DNA from: Elainellaceae cyanobacterium
GTDB lineage: Bacteria > Cyanobacteriota > Cyanobacteriia > CAZCXK01
Length of the DNA: 58,371 nt
Direction: 5' to 3'
NCBI GenBank assembly: GCA_051117555.1
Contig: JBNPEG010000066.1
Coordinates: 1 to 58,371, forward strand
The stretch's first letter is position 1. Every line of letters starts with the position of its first letter. The translations under genes and the position numbers were made by a program. The notes under the pieces were generated by a model that did no database searches, had not been told where the DNA came from, and was given only the letters and a program-made list of their open reading frames with translations. Of this stretch, positions 41,198 through 51,428 are shown one piece after another.

Positions 41198-43045
41198 ATG
41201 ACCGTTAATGTATCGCCAATCGATTTCCAATCTAGTTCTTTAGAACATGCTCTAAAACACTATTTTGGCTATGACAGCTTTCGTCCGGGGCAACGCCAGA
41301 TTATTGAAGCAGCCCTTCGGAAGCAAGACGAACTGGTTGTCATGCCGACTGGGGGAGGCAAGTCTCTGTGCTTTCAGCTTCCAGCGCTATTAGCATCGGG
41401 GGTTTCGATTGTGGTATCGCCCCTGATTGCGCTGATGCAGGATCAGGTTGAAGCTCTACAAGATAACGGCATTGGTGCAACCTTCTTAAATAGCAGCCTA
41501 AATCTCGCAACCGTTCGTCAACGAGAGCAACAAATTCTCAGCGGTGCGATTAAGCTCTTATACCTTGCTCCAGAGCGGCTGTTACAGGAGCGGTTTTTGC
41601 CGTTTCTCGATACCCTCCAATCTCAACTTGGAATTTCAACCTTTGCCATTGATGAAGCCCACTGCGTCTCTGAATGGGGGCATGATTTCCGCCCAGAATA
41701 TCGACGGTTGCGATCGCTCCGCCAACGATATCCAACGGTTCCAGTCATGGCATTGACAGCAACCGCAACCGAGCGAGTGCGTCAAGATATTATCCATCAA
41801 CTGGAATTGCGAGATCCGTTTATTCACGTTGCCAGTTTTAATCGTCAAAACCTTTACTACGAAGTGCTGCCCAAGCAGCGATATTCGTATACAGAATTGT
41901 TGCACCAGATTCGCAATGCAGACGGCGGCTCAGGAATAATCTATTGCCTCAGCCGGCGCAAAGTCGATGAACTCGCCTATCGATTACAGCAGGATGGAAT
42001 TGCTGCGTTGCCCTATCATGCAGGGCTGTCCGACCAGGAGCGATCGACCCATCAAACTCGCTTCATTCGAGATGATGTGCAGGTGATGGTGGCGACCATT
42101 GCGTTTGGCATGGGAATCAATAAGCCGGATGTCCGATTTGTGGTTCACTATGACCTGCCCCGTAGTCTAGAGAGCTATTATCAGGAAGCAGGTCGAGCAG
42201 GCCGAGATGGCGAACCTGCCCGCTGCGTCTTGTTTTTTAGTTACGGTGATTTGGGTACGCTCAACTATCTTATTGATCAAAAGCCAGATCCCAACGAACA
42301 GCGCATTGCTCGGCAACAGGTGCGTCAGATGGTTGATTATGCAGAGGGCTTTGACTGCCGACGCACGATTCAACTCCGCTATTTTGGTGAAGCCTTTCTA
42401 GGAGGGTGCGGAAATTGCGATAACTGTCTGCACCCACTGCCGCTAGAAGATTGGACGATTGAGGCACAAAAATTTCTGTCGTGCGTGGCTCGCTGCCGAG
42501 AGCGCTTTGGGATTAACCACATCATCGACGTGCTGCGAGGCTCAAAGAATAAAAAGGTCTTACAAAACGGGCACGATCGCCTCTCGACCTATGGGATTGG
42601 TCAAGATCACAGCGTCGATGACTGGAAAACTCTAGGGCGATCGCTCCTTCATCAAGGGCTCATGGACGAAACGATGGACGGCTATCCGGTGCTGAAGCTT
42701 AACCCTCTAAGCTGGGAAGTGATGCGAAAGCAGCGCCACGTCAGCATCGCAGTGCCAAAGCAGCCTATTCCTGTCAGCGAATCTCAGTCTCAGCAAAAAT
42801 TGGAAGCTGAAATGCTATTTCAACACCTGCGATCGCTCCGTAAGACAATTGCTGACGAACAATCTGTGCCACCTTATGTAGTATTTGCAGATTCTAGCCT
42901 GCGCCTCATGACTCAGCTCAAACCCCAAACTCTAGAAGAGTTTGCCCAAATTTCAGGTGTCGGTCGCCGTAAACTAGAACGCTATGGCGATCGCTTTATT
43001 GCAGAGATTTGCGCCTACTGTCTAGACAATCATGCTGACGATTAA
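41198..43045 (+). CDS. recQ: DNA helicase RecQ
   Basis: [35 protein letters not shown]; Zn-binding CGNCDNC; RQC domain and one HRDC. Confidence 0.97.
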   Translation: MTVNVSPIDFQSSSLEHALKHYFGYDSFRPGQRQIIEAALRKQDELVVMPTGGGKSLCFQLPALLASGVSIVVSPLIALMQDQVEALQDNGIGATFLNSSLNLATVRQREQQILSGAIKLLYLAPERLLQERFLPFLDTLQSQLGISTFAIDEAHCVSEWGHDFRPEYRRLRSLRQRYPTVPVMALTATATERVRQDIIHQLELRDPFIHVASFNRQNLYYEVLPKQRYSYTELLHQIRNADGGSGIIYCLSRRKVDELAYRLQQDGIAALPYHAGLSDQERSTHQTRFIRDDVQVMVATIAFGMGINKPDVRFVVHYDLPRSLESYYQEAGRAGRDGEPARCVLFFSYGDLGTLNYLIDQKPDPNEQRIARQQVRQMVDYAEGFDCRRTIQLRYFGEAFLGGCGNCDNCLHPLPLEDWTIEAQKFLSCVARCRERFGINHIIDVLRGSKNKKVLQNGHDRLSTYGIGQDHSVDDWKTLGRSLLHQGLMDETMDGYPVLKLNPLSWEVMRKQRHVSIAVPKQPIPVSESQSQQKLEAEMLFQHLRSLRKTIADEQSVPPYVVFADSSLRLMTQLKPQTLEEFAQISGVGRRKLERYGDRFIAEICAYCLDNHADD

Positions 43046-43051
43046 GCCAAA

Positions 43052-43666
43052 TCAATCCTGTTCTCTTTCTTCAGACACTCGCGCTAGTTCGGCATAGAGA
43101 TCATACTCCCCGATCCAAACGGTTGCTAACAGCCTCATGCCGTGCTCGGTCAGCAGAGCCTCATGACCTGTGACCTCTACATCCTCTGGGGTTCCCCCAG
43201 CTGCAAGCACCAGATCATTAATCCATTCGCTGCAAGGCTCAGCAGAATTTTCGCATCGGAGGAGATGCTCGATATAGGCTCGGTTAGAAAGGCTCAATCG
43301 ACGACTGAGCAACTCATACAGAGCGATCCCTGTCCGCTCCTCAACTCCAGCTAAGACTTGGCTTAGATACCATGCTGCTTGTTCTTCAGGAAGTTCGCGA
43401 ATGCGGCGGGTGATGTAATCGAGAATGTTGCCGACAAAGTTTGTGCCGAGATGATCATGGATTGCCTCAACCGCTTCAGCTGGATCTCGCTCAACCACGG
43501 CGGTGAAGCTATCCCAATTAATTTGAGGGTACTGCTGCTTGAGAATCTGGTAACCATGCTCGGTCAGACGAAGACCTCCGTCATCCGGACTAAAGGAAAA
43601 ATCTTCACCCGGCGTTGCGCCTGCCTTGGTTAGTGACTGAAAGATCTCGAATGATTGATGATGCAT
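43052..43666 (-). CDS. Hypothetical protein with an internal repeat
   Basis: 204-aa ORF in which AG.TP.ED....LTEHG..L occurs twice. Confidence 0.7.
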   Translation of the reverse strand: MHHQSFEIFQSLTKAGATPGEDFSFSPDDGGLRLTEHGYQILKQQYPQINWDSFTAVVERDPAEAVEAIHDHLGTNFVGNILDYITRRIRELPEEQAAWYLSQVLAGVEERTGIALYELLSRRLSLSNRAYIEHLLRCENSAEPCSEWINDLVLAAGGTPEDVEVTGHEALLTEHGMRLLATVWIGEYDLYAELARVSEEREQD

Positions 43667-43910
43667 AAACCGTGCGACTCAGATCAACTTGATACAAAAA
43701 TTAATATTGTGCTTGCTAACAAGTAACATAGCTGGCGCAAAAGCCGCTTTTTTGTATTCTAGGCAACAAATACCTGTAAAATTAAGCATTTATGCCTATC
43801 GGCTGATTGATCTATATCCATGGGAGTACTCTGACGTTCTCTTGTGTACTACTGCGAGATACTGAGAAAATCTGGAAATCAGTCAAATTACTACGGATTT
43901 CAGCCGGGTT

Positions 43911-44002
43911 TATAGCCCTACGGGCTTAGGTTTGTGTGGTGAGCCCCCGCGGCGCGCGGCTCGCACACGTTCAACGTCCTAACGCGAGAGCGTACGGCTA
44001 TA
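43911..44002 (-). mobile_element. MITE-like hairpin element, family A, copy 3
   Basis: Reverse complement matches 14556-14644; TATAGCC...GGCTATA ends. Confidence 0.82.
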
Positions 44003-44118
44003 TTATTTGACACAAATTCTTGGATATGTGCGCCCTCTCTCCCAACGCATAAAATCTGCCATTTACAGAGCACTATTCGAGGGATTAAGACATTTCTATT
44101 TAGTATTGATAGACAAGA

Positions 44119-45207
44119 CTAACGGCGCGATCGCCCTGCCTGACGGACTATCACGGTGATTACGGTGATTAACGTGATAGAAATGACAAAGAATAACAAA
44201 ATCGCGCTGAATACGGGCAAGTTTTCGTGATTGCTTGCGTCCAAGATGAGATATGTGGTGTAGGCACTGTAATAGCCCAGAAACAAAAGCCCTTCCCATC
44301 GGCTAATCACATTACCGCTGAAGAAAATGGGCAAACATGCTATAGCAACCGCAATCATCACTGGAATATCAAATCTCAAGGCGGGAGCATAGATATTGAC
44401 CCCATCAGGTGACACAATCCCCGCCATGCCGAGCACAGCCAGAATATTGAAGATATTGCTGCCGACGACATTTCCTACGGCGATATCTCGTTGTCCCCGA
44501 ATACTGGCAATAAACGATGTAGCCGCTTCTGGTAGTGAAGTGCCCGCCGCGATAACGGTTAATCCAATCACCAGTTCGCTAACGCCTAGGTCTTGGGCAA
44601 TGGCGATCGCCCCCGCCACCAGCCAACGAGAACCCCAAATCAGCAGCACTAATCCTACCGCGATAAAGCCCGCATTCGTTAGCCATTGTCGAGCTGACGG
44701 CGCATTTCGTTGACCATACTGCTCGGCATATTCATCTTGAACTTTGGCATCGTGCTCTCTGCGACTCTGAATAATCAAGAACGCAGTATACCCAACCCCA
44801 CCGATCACCAATAATGTGCCATCTAGTCGACCGATGTGTTGGTCTAACCCTAACAACAGCGTTAATACCGATACGCCAATCATAATCGGCACATCCAGCT
44901 TCACAAGCTGCTGAGCGACCACTAACGGAGCAAAAGCGGCTGAAAATCCCAGGATGAACAAGACATTGAAAATATTGCTGCCGACGACATTGCCAACGGA
45001 AATCCCCGCTTGCCCTGACAGATTAGCCTGCAAACTCACGGCCATTTCGGGGGCACTCGTTCCGTATGCCACAACGGTCAAACCAATGATCAAGGGTGAA
45101 ATTCCAGCCGCTGCGGCTAACCACGACGCTCCTCGAACTAACGCCTCAGCACCAGCCACAAGCAGGACAAGCCCCGCACCTATTAAACCGAGTGCTTCTA
45201 CATTCAT
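44119..45207 (-). CDS. Calcium/sodium antiporter (YrbG/CaCA family)
   Basis: Alpha repeats GTSAPE and GTSLPE; GNVVGSNIFN twice. GAGG RBS precedes ATG 45207. Confidence 0.93.
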   Translation of the reverse strand: MNVEALGLIGAGLVLLVAGAEALVRGASWLAAAAGISPLIIGLTVVAYGTSAPEMAVSLQANLSGQAGISVGNVVGSNIFNVLFILGFSAAFAPLVVAQQLVKLDVPIMIGVSVLTLLLGLDQHIGRLDGTLLVIGGVGYTAFLIIQSRREHDAKVQDEYAEQYGQRNAPSARQWLTNAGFIAVGLVLLIWGSRWLVAGAIAIAQDLGVSELVIGLTVIAAGTSLPEAATSFIASIRGQRDIAVGNVVGSNIFNILAVLGMAGIVSPDGVNIYAPALRFDIPVMIAVAIACLPIFFSGNVISRWEGLLFLGYYSAYTTYLILDASNHENLPVFSAILLFFVISITLITVITVIVRQAGRSRR

Positions 45208-45473
45208 AGAATTCCTCTCATGCACAAGGAATCCCCTAATCTGTTCACTGGGAATGCTGCCAATTTGATGGGCAGCGTACCGCTCCTAAGAATATTGGGC
45301 ATTTGCAGGTCAAACTATGACGAATAAGTTATTAAGCACGCTAGTATTGAGCACGCTAGACAAAACTGCCCTAACTGCGTGCTTACACGGAATTTTGATG
45401 CATCGGCTTAGGGTGGCGATGTGAAATCTATCATAATACTTGGTTGCGATCGCGTGTCGTCGTGACTGAGGGA

Positions 45474-46643
45474 TCAACGGCGGCGAACCTTGCTAATCAT
45501 TTTTCGGGAGAAGCGGAGCTGAATGTCTTCTGTTTCTGCCCAATCTTGAAGAATTTTGAAAAATGCTTGGCGATCTTCAGCCTGCAACACAGCGGTCTGA
45601 TCCGCTGTTTCAATGACATAGGGATACCCACTGCCAATAATCACCTCACCTCGCACCCAATCTATTACTCGATGAAGTAGCCCAGCCTCGTACATCCAGA
45701 GAGGGACTTCGATCCGAGCTGGATATCCCTCACGGGTTGTTTTGAGGTAGGTGAACGCAATCTGATTTTGTTGTTCTTCATAGTCCGATAGAATTCCAGC
45801 ACGCTGGCAGAGGAACAGAGAGGTGCGATCGCCCCAGTTCATGTGTTCATTAATTAAGAGCGGGTCTGTAATCGACGGGCAGTCTGGCAGCTTAAAGAGA
45901 TGCTGGAGCATTCCTGTTAAATCATTGGCTTGTGATGTATCCACATATCCTACTAACGGCACTCGATAGGTGCTGCTGGCTCGTAATAGCTCCAAAAAAC
46001 AGCGCACATATTTTTGTTTGAGGTCATAATCAAACGCATCAGCAAACGTGCCAACCAGTGACCCGTCGAAGAAGACAAGACAATCCGTTCGATTGGGATG
46101 CTCTCGCATGTATTGGATGAGGCGCTGAACTTCCATTTCAAAACGCCGAAAATTGACCGTGCGATCGACGGGGCTACCTGTATTGCCTGCTTGCAAATCA
46201 GTTGGAGTCATGACATCTAACTCGATGTCTTTTTCGTAACCCCCGCTGGGCAGATGAAGATTTTCAAACCAGCCCACTTGAACTAATGCAACTGGAATCG
46301 ATACGTCCTTCCCAGGAAAGATTTGAGAGCCGTCTACTGCAAATGTGGTGATTCCGGTTAGGCGATCGCGCACCCATGCCAAACTTTGTTCGCGGTTTTG
46401 CCAAACAAACTTAAATGGGATTATGCACCGCTCTGTGTTGTTCAGAGATTCGAGGGGCTTGGCACCAATGTCGCCTGCTTGGCGAGATAATTCTGTCTCT
46501 ATTTTCTCGCTAGACCACTGCGCAAGCGTTGCGAGTGACGCTCGATATTTCTGCAAAATAGTCCAGGTTTCACGATTAAAGGCTTGAAAATCGTCGCGCT
46601 TAGCATTGAGAATGTCATGAATTTGGGAAGGCTTGAGTGGCAT
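45474..46643 (-). CDS. NurA-family nuclease
   Basis: TFAVDGSQ; FFDGSL; GYPYVIETADQ are NurA-type motifs. Confidence 0.8.
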   Translation of the reverse strand: MPLKPSQIHDILNAKRDDFQAFNRETWTILQKYRASLATLAQWSSEKIETELSRQAGDIGAKPLESLNNTERCIIPFKFVWQNREQSLAWVRDRLTGITTFAVDGSQIFPGKDVSIPVALVQVGWFENLHLPSGGYEKDIELDVMTPTDLQAGNTGSPVDRTVNFRRFEMEVQRLIQYMREHPNRTDCLVFFDGSLVGTFADAFDYDLKQKYVRCFLELLRASSTYRVPLVGYVDTSQANDLTGMLQHLFKLPDCPSITDPLLINEHMNWGDRTSLFLCQRAGILSDYEEQQNQIAFTYLKTTREGYPARIEVPLWMYEAGLLHRVIDWVRGEVIIGSGYPYVIETADQTAVLQAEDRQAFFKILQDWAETEDIQLRFSRKMISKVRRR

Positions 46644-46943
46644 AATCCCGGCAGAAAATTTAGATCAGCATCGATAATCTTAAGCGGTTGAGACTCCGGT
46701 CATACCGGCTCACGGGTCAAGATTTTTGGAGGAATTTCAGCTCCTGACGCTCATCCTCTCATCACCATTTAATCTTGACATATATCAGGATCTAGTATCT
46801 CTTTTCGCCCATTGTCTATGAAGAACGTATCGCTATGTTAAGCTCTATTGCATTCTAGTCACATCTGGCGGCGTAAGTAAAAACAGGTCAAACGTCCGTG
46901 ATACGATTCATCCCGTAACCTTGGAGATTGGGGAGAGACACCT

Positions 46944-48167
46944 TTGGCACTACGGGTTGCTGTTGTTGGATCCGGTCCAGCAGGTTCTTCCGCTGCTGAG
47001 ACACTAGCAAAAGCTGGTATCGAAACATTTTTAATTGAACGTAAGCTAGACAATGCTAAGCCGTGCGGTGGTGCGATTCCACTTTGTATGGTTAGCGAAT
47101 TTGACCTGCCACCTGAGATTATCGACCGTCGTGTTCGGAAGATGAAGATGATCTCGCCCTCTAATGTTGAGGTCAACATTGGCAGCACGCTCAAAGATGA
47201 TGAATATATTGGAATGTGTCGTCGCGAAATCTTGGATGGATTTCTGCGAGATCGAGCGGCTCGATTGGGAGCAACACTCATTAACGGCACGGTTCATAAA
47301 CTAGAGCTGCCAAGCAATGAGAAGGCTCCTTATGTGATTCATTATGCGGATCACTCTAATGGAAGTCTCACCGGGATTAATAAAACCCTGAGCGTCGATT
47401 TGGTAATTGGCGCAGATGGGGCAAATTCTCGGGTGGCGCGCGCCATTGATGCTGGAGACTATAACTATGCGATCGCCTTCCAAGAGCGCATTCGCCTACC
47501 CGATCACCTGATGGAATATTACGAAGAGTTGGCAGAGATGTATGTCGGTGACGACGTGTCTCCTGACTTTTATGCGTGGGTATTCCCCAAATACGATCAC
47601 GTTGCGGTCGGCACCGGAACGATGAAAGTAAACCAGGCCAAAATTAAGAAGCTCCAGGCGGGTATTCGTGCTCGTGCTGCTCATCGCCTGGTTGGTGGCG
47701 AAATTATTAAAGTTGAGGCTCACCCCATTCCTGAGCATCCGCGCCCACGTCGGGTGAGAGGACGGGTTGCACTCGTGGGAGATGCTGCAGGAACCGTAAC
47801 GAAGTCGTCGGGCGAAGGAATCTATTTCGCAGCAAAATCAGGGCGAATGTGTGCTGAAGCCATCGTTGAATTTTCTCAAAGTGGTCAGCGCATCCCAACC
47901 GAAGACGACCTCAAGATTTATCTACAGCGATGGGATAAACAGTACGGCATGACCTATCTCGTGCTGGATTGGCTTCAGAGAGTCTTCTATCGGTCAGATG
48001 CGACTCGTGAGGCATTCGTCGAGATGTGTTCTGATATGGATGTGCAAAAGCTTACGTTTGACAGCTATCTATATAAGACGGTTGTTCCTGCTAATCCGTT
48101 CACGCAGCTCAAGATCACGGCAAAGACCCTTGGCAGTCTACTGCGGGGGAATGCTCTTGCGCCTTAG
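46944..48167 (+). CDS. chlP: Geranylgeranyl reductase
   Basis: GSGPAG; AKPCGGAIP; FYAWVFPK; GEGIYFA. TTG start after GGAGAG. Confidence 0.97.
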   Translation: MALRVAVVGSGPAGSSAAETLAKAGIETFLIERKLDNAKPCGGAIPLCMVSEFDLPPEIIDRRVRKMKMISPSNVEVNIGSTLKDDEYIGMCRREILDGFLRDRAARLGATLINGTVHKLELPSNEKAPYVIHYADHSNGSLTGINKTLSVDLVIGADGANSRVARAIDAGDYNYAIAFQERIRLPDHLMEYYEELAEMYVGDDVSPDFYAWVFPKYDHVAVGTGTMKVNQAKIKKLQAGIRARAAHRLVGGEIIKVEAHPIPEHPRPRRVRGRVALVGDAAGTVTKSSGEGIYFAAKSGRMCAEAIVEFSQSGQRIPTEDDLKIYLQRWDKQYGMTYLVLDWLQRVFYRSDATREAFVEMCSDMDVQKLTFDSYLYKTVVPANPFTQLKITAKTLGSLLRGNALAP

Positions 48168-48219
48168 ATATAACTGGGTCTGGTCGCTGTTTCGTTAGCA
48201 TCGTTCGGGTTCTCTGTAT

Positions 48220-48258
48220 GGCGATCGCTCTTTTTAGGAGGGCGATCGCTCTTTTTAG
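48220..48258 (+). terminator. HIP1-based hairpin with T-tract after chlP
   Basis: GGCGATCGCTCTTTTTAG is duplicated. The two palindromic HIP1 copies can pair as a stem followed by TCTTTTT. Confidence 0.55.
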
Positions 48259-48340
48259 CCGATCTTTAGACAGGGCATATCAGTTTGCAGGGGGCTGCCT
48301 TGTCCGATAGCGTAATGCTAGCCGAAATTACCGACTTACT

Positions 48341-48697
48341 ATGCGACAGATCTTATTAACGAGCACAATCGTTTTTCTGGCGATGGCTTCCCTCGGCTTA
48401 AAACAATCCACCCGAAAAGGGGAGCAATGTGGCGTTGCCTCATACTATACACGCGGAGACATCACCGCTAACGGAGAAGCGTTTAATCCAGGGGCATACA
48501 CAGCCGCCCATCGTTGGATTCCCTTCGATACTTGGGTGACTGTAGTAGATCAGGAGACGGGGCTTGCCGTAGATGTCCGAATCAACGATCGGGGGCCTTG
48601 GGTTGACCGCCATATTCTAGATTTGACCCCGACTGCGATTGACACCATTGACCCGAATCGAACATCAGATCTTCGACATGTTTGTCTGTATTGGTAA
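48341..48697 (+). CDS. RlpA-family (DPBB) lytic transglycosylase-like protein
   Basis: ASYY; TANGE; TAAHR; VRINDRGP; ILDL. Confidence 0.88.
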   Translation: MRQILLTSTIVFLAMASLGLKQSTRKGEQCGVASYYTRGDITANGEAFNPGAYTAAHRWIPFDTWVTVVDQETGLAVDVRINDRGPWVDRHILDLTPTAIDTIDPNRTSDLRHVCLYW

Positions 48698-49051
48698 ATA
48701 TTTTGGATAGTATCCAGGGCGATCGCTGCTAGTTTTTCTGCACGCGAGAATGACGTGATGGAAATTATCCTGATATCAGTGCATTAAGGCTGGAAAACGT
48801 AGTCGATTGGATTAGTGTATACCTGCCCGTAGAGATGGTGTTGCATCATTTATGGGGTAACGAAATAAATTACCTGTATGACAATGTAGTGAGCTTGACA
48901 TTCAATGGTATTGTGAATGACGGTCAGCTCCTGCAGACGGTTAATGATGAGCAGCATCCCAGATGATTTTTGTCCCTATTGGCCGGTAGTCTGTGTGAAT
49001 CGTGCGTCTAACCAAGACTTATCCTCTGTTCGTGTGATTTGAAGTTTCCTC

Positions 49052-50593
49052 ATGCTGACATTTTTGTCAATTCTTTCGTTTGCTCAAGTTGCGCTTCCAG
49101 CTAACCCTCCTCTCACTCCACCCCCTGCTTCAACAATCCGTAGAGAAATCGTCGAACCTCAAGATGTGAGGGCGCTGCCTGGAGAGCTTGATACAACGCC
49201 TGTTTTCAATAGCAATAGCCCTGAACTCATTCAGCGTGAGGGAATTTTGCTGTCTACATTTCCTCCTGAGGGCATGGCTGTTTCGTCGGCTCACCTAAAC
49301 TATGCATTTGACGGACGGTTTGATGTCTTTGCTCATCACATCGCTAAGGGCTTAAATCCAGATGATGTCAGGACGCTCTATGTAGGTATCGTTGTATACA
49401 ATCCTAACGATCGCCCCGTAACGGTTGATGTTCTTCAAGGAGTCAGCTATCTCAGTCAGGAAGCACCATTCAGAAATTTGCCTGCCTATGTCGCCAATCC
49501 CTTAGGCACTGTCTTCTCAGGACCGGGCAGTCGTACTATGGCTGATATTCTACGAGGCGATCGCCAATCTCACTGGCCCACACTGTTAGAAATTCCGCCT
49601 AAACACGCTCAACTTTTGATGAATGTACCGATTCCACTCCGGCGATTGAGCGTGCCAACGGATGGCAGCCTTCCACCCGGCAGAGTCATTCTGCCCCCGC
49701 TGAGGCCCTCTAGTGCCGCAACCAATGGGAATGGCAACGGAAATGGTCAGTCGAGTTCGCAACAATCTACCGTAGAAACCAGATCGCTGCCGGATAATCG
49801 CCCCATTCCAATCAATGGCCGAACGGCTCTGATGCGGTTGTGGAGTAGCGGTCCAGTATATTTGGCTAGCTTAGCCATGTATGCTCCTTCTACGCTAGAT
49901 GGCAATGAGCGCGTGCCAACATTATATGAATGGCTCCAATTGCTTACACAGAGAGGTTTAGCAGGACCGCGCGATCGCCCTCCCACCTCCCCCGATACCC
50001 GATATTTTCTTCGGTTTTTCTATGGTCGAGTGGCAGGAGTCGCACAAGGATCTCGATGGGAAGCTGACCTGACCGATCCATCTGGTGGCGATCGCCTGAC
50101 CATTCCGCCGTCTGGAGAAGGCATTTCATATGTTTTAAGCACCGTTGATCGCAATACCTTCGGCACCGATCAAATTCAGAGCGCTCCGATGCTAGTGCGC
50201 TATCCTGATACCGCTCACCGAGCCCACGGGAATTACGGCATCGAATATGATTTAACGTTGCCTCTCTATAATTCAACCGATACGACTCAAACGGTTGCGC
50301 TTCTGATTCAAACGCCGCTTCAAAATGAAGAGTTAGATGATGCTCTCAAATTTATCCGCCCTCCCGATGAGCAAGTCTTTTTTCGGGGCACCGTTAGGAT
50401 TCGCTATATCGACGACTGGCGAACTCCTCAAATTCGCTATTTCCATCTAGTCCAACGGCGAGGACAGCAAGGACAGCCTCTGATTCGACTGAGGATGCGC
50501 CCTGGTGAGCAACGAGAGGTTCGAGTGCAATTTCTGTATCCGCCTGACTCAACCCCTCCCCAGGTTCTCACGATTAAAAATTTAGATGAGTAA
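49052..50593 (+). CDS. DUF3370 family protein
   Basis: PVFNSNSPE..EGILLSTFP; YGRVAGV; AHGNYG; PPDSTPPQVLT. Confidence 0.85.
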   Translation: MLTFLSILSFAQVALPANPPLTPPPASTIRREIVEPQDVRALPGELDTTPVFNSNSPELIQREGILLSTFPPEGMAVSSAHLNYAFDGRFDVFAHHIAKGLNPDDVRTLYVGIVVYNPNDRPVTVDVLQGVSYLSQEAPFRNLPAYVANPLGTVFSGPGSRTMADILRGDRQSHWPTLLEIPPKHAQLLMNVPIPLRRLSVPTDGSLPPGRVILPPLRPSSAATNGNGNGNGQSSSQQSTVETRSLPDNRPIPINGRTALMRLWSSGPVYLASLAMYAPSTLDGNERVPTLYEWLQLLTQRGLAGPRDRPPTSPDTRYFLRFFYGRVAGVAQGSRWEADLTDPSGGDRLTIPPSGEGISYVLSTVDRNTFGTDQIQSAPMLVRYPDTAHRAHGNYGIEYDLTLPLYNSTDTTQTVALLIQTPLQNEELDDALKFIRPPDEQVFFRGTVRIRYIDDWRTPQIRYFHLVQRRGQQGQPLIRLRMRPGEQREVRVQFLYPPDSTPPQVLTIKNLDE

Positions 50594-50715
50594 TGCCAGT
50601 TTCCGATGGATGAAGCTGATCCTTCTGTCAATCCTCTCTAACCCTATTCATTAAGTTCAGCCCCATTGGCTTGCTTGGGAAAGGCTTAGACGTCAAGTTG
50701 GGCGCATTTCGCGTT

Positions 50716-51237
50716 TTAACTTAGCGGGATGGCAACTTGGAAAACTTGAGGATCAACTGTTTTCATGTCGAAGACTTTTCCCAACGAAAACTGTAGGGCA
50801 TTTAATTGAGACGGAACAATCTTTTCGTCATACGGAACTGAGAATACGATTGCGCCAGATTGCTGTTCTCCTGGATCGAATGCACCAGATAACGTGCTGT
50901 CGCTCAAGAAAATGTTGGCTGGCAACGTCTGTGTCCCAAGTAGAGCAACACCCTGATTGGGATAGAAACGAATTGAGCGAGCAGTTCGATTGTGAATCGT
51001 TAGCTTGACCGACACATCGGTTTCCTTAAGAGAGATTTCATCGATCGTCAATCTAAGCCCGCTTTGTTCGAATGAGCGATTGACTGAAATCAGACGCGCG
51101 TCTGGAGATTGATGGACAATAGGTAAGATTTCTAGGGTGTCTTGAGGTATCTGATTGCGGGCGGATGACGCATGCAATACCGTGCAACCGGCAAAGACGC
51201 TAGACAGGAATGCGACAGACAGAATAGACACCCTCAT
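50716..51237 (-). CDS. Hypothetical exported/lipoprotein, possible Ig-like (DUF4352-like) fold
   Basis: Signal peptide with an FAGC lipobox-like end; beta-rich; PGEQQSGAIVF. Confidence 0.6.
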   Translation of the reverse strand: MRVSILSVAFLSSVFAGCTVLHASSARNQIPQDTLEILPIVHQSPDARLISVNRSFEQSGLRLTIDEISLKETDVSVKLTIHNRTARSIRFYPNQGVALLGTQTLPANIFLSDSTLSGAFDPGEQQSGAIVFSVPYDEKIVPSQLNALQFSLGKVFDMKTVDPQVFQVAIPLS

Positions 51238-51428
51238 GGCTCAAAATTATAGGAGTAACGATTTTCCTATCATGGCCTAGAGATCGGTTTCGTTTAATCG
51301 GGAAAACTGCCAAGACTGATCGTGAGAGCAATGCAAAGAGCCTGCATATTTACGTAAGATCTCAGTCTTGATGATGATGGTTTTCAATCTTCGCCGGTTC
51401 TGTCGGCGTGATGGAACCCTACATTGCT

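Noticed and set aside
45226..45473. Metal or fluoride riboswitch upstream of the Ca/Na antiporter
   Set aside because: Only a short GCTGCC/GGCAGC hairpin and a small duplication; no yybP-ykoY or crcB consensus recognised.
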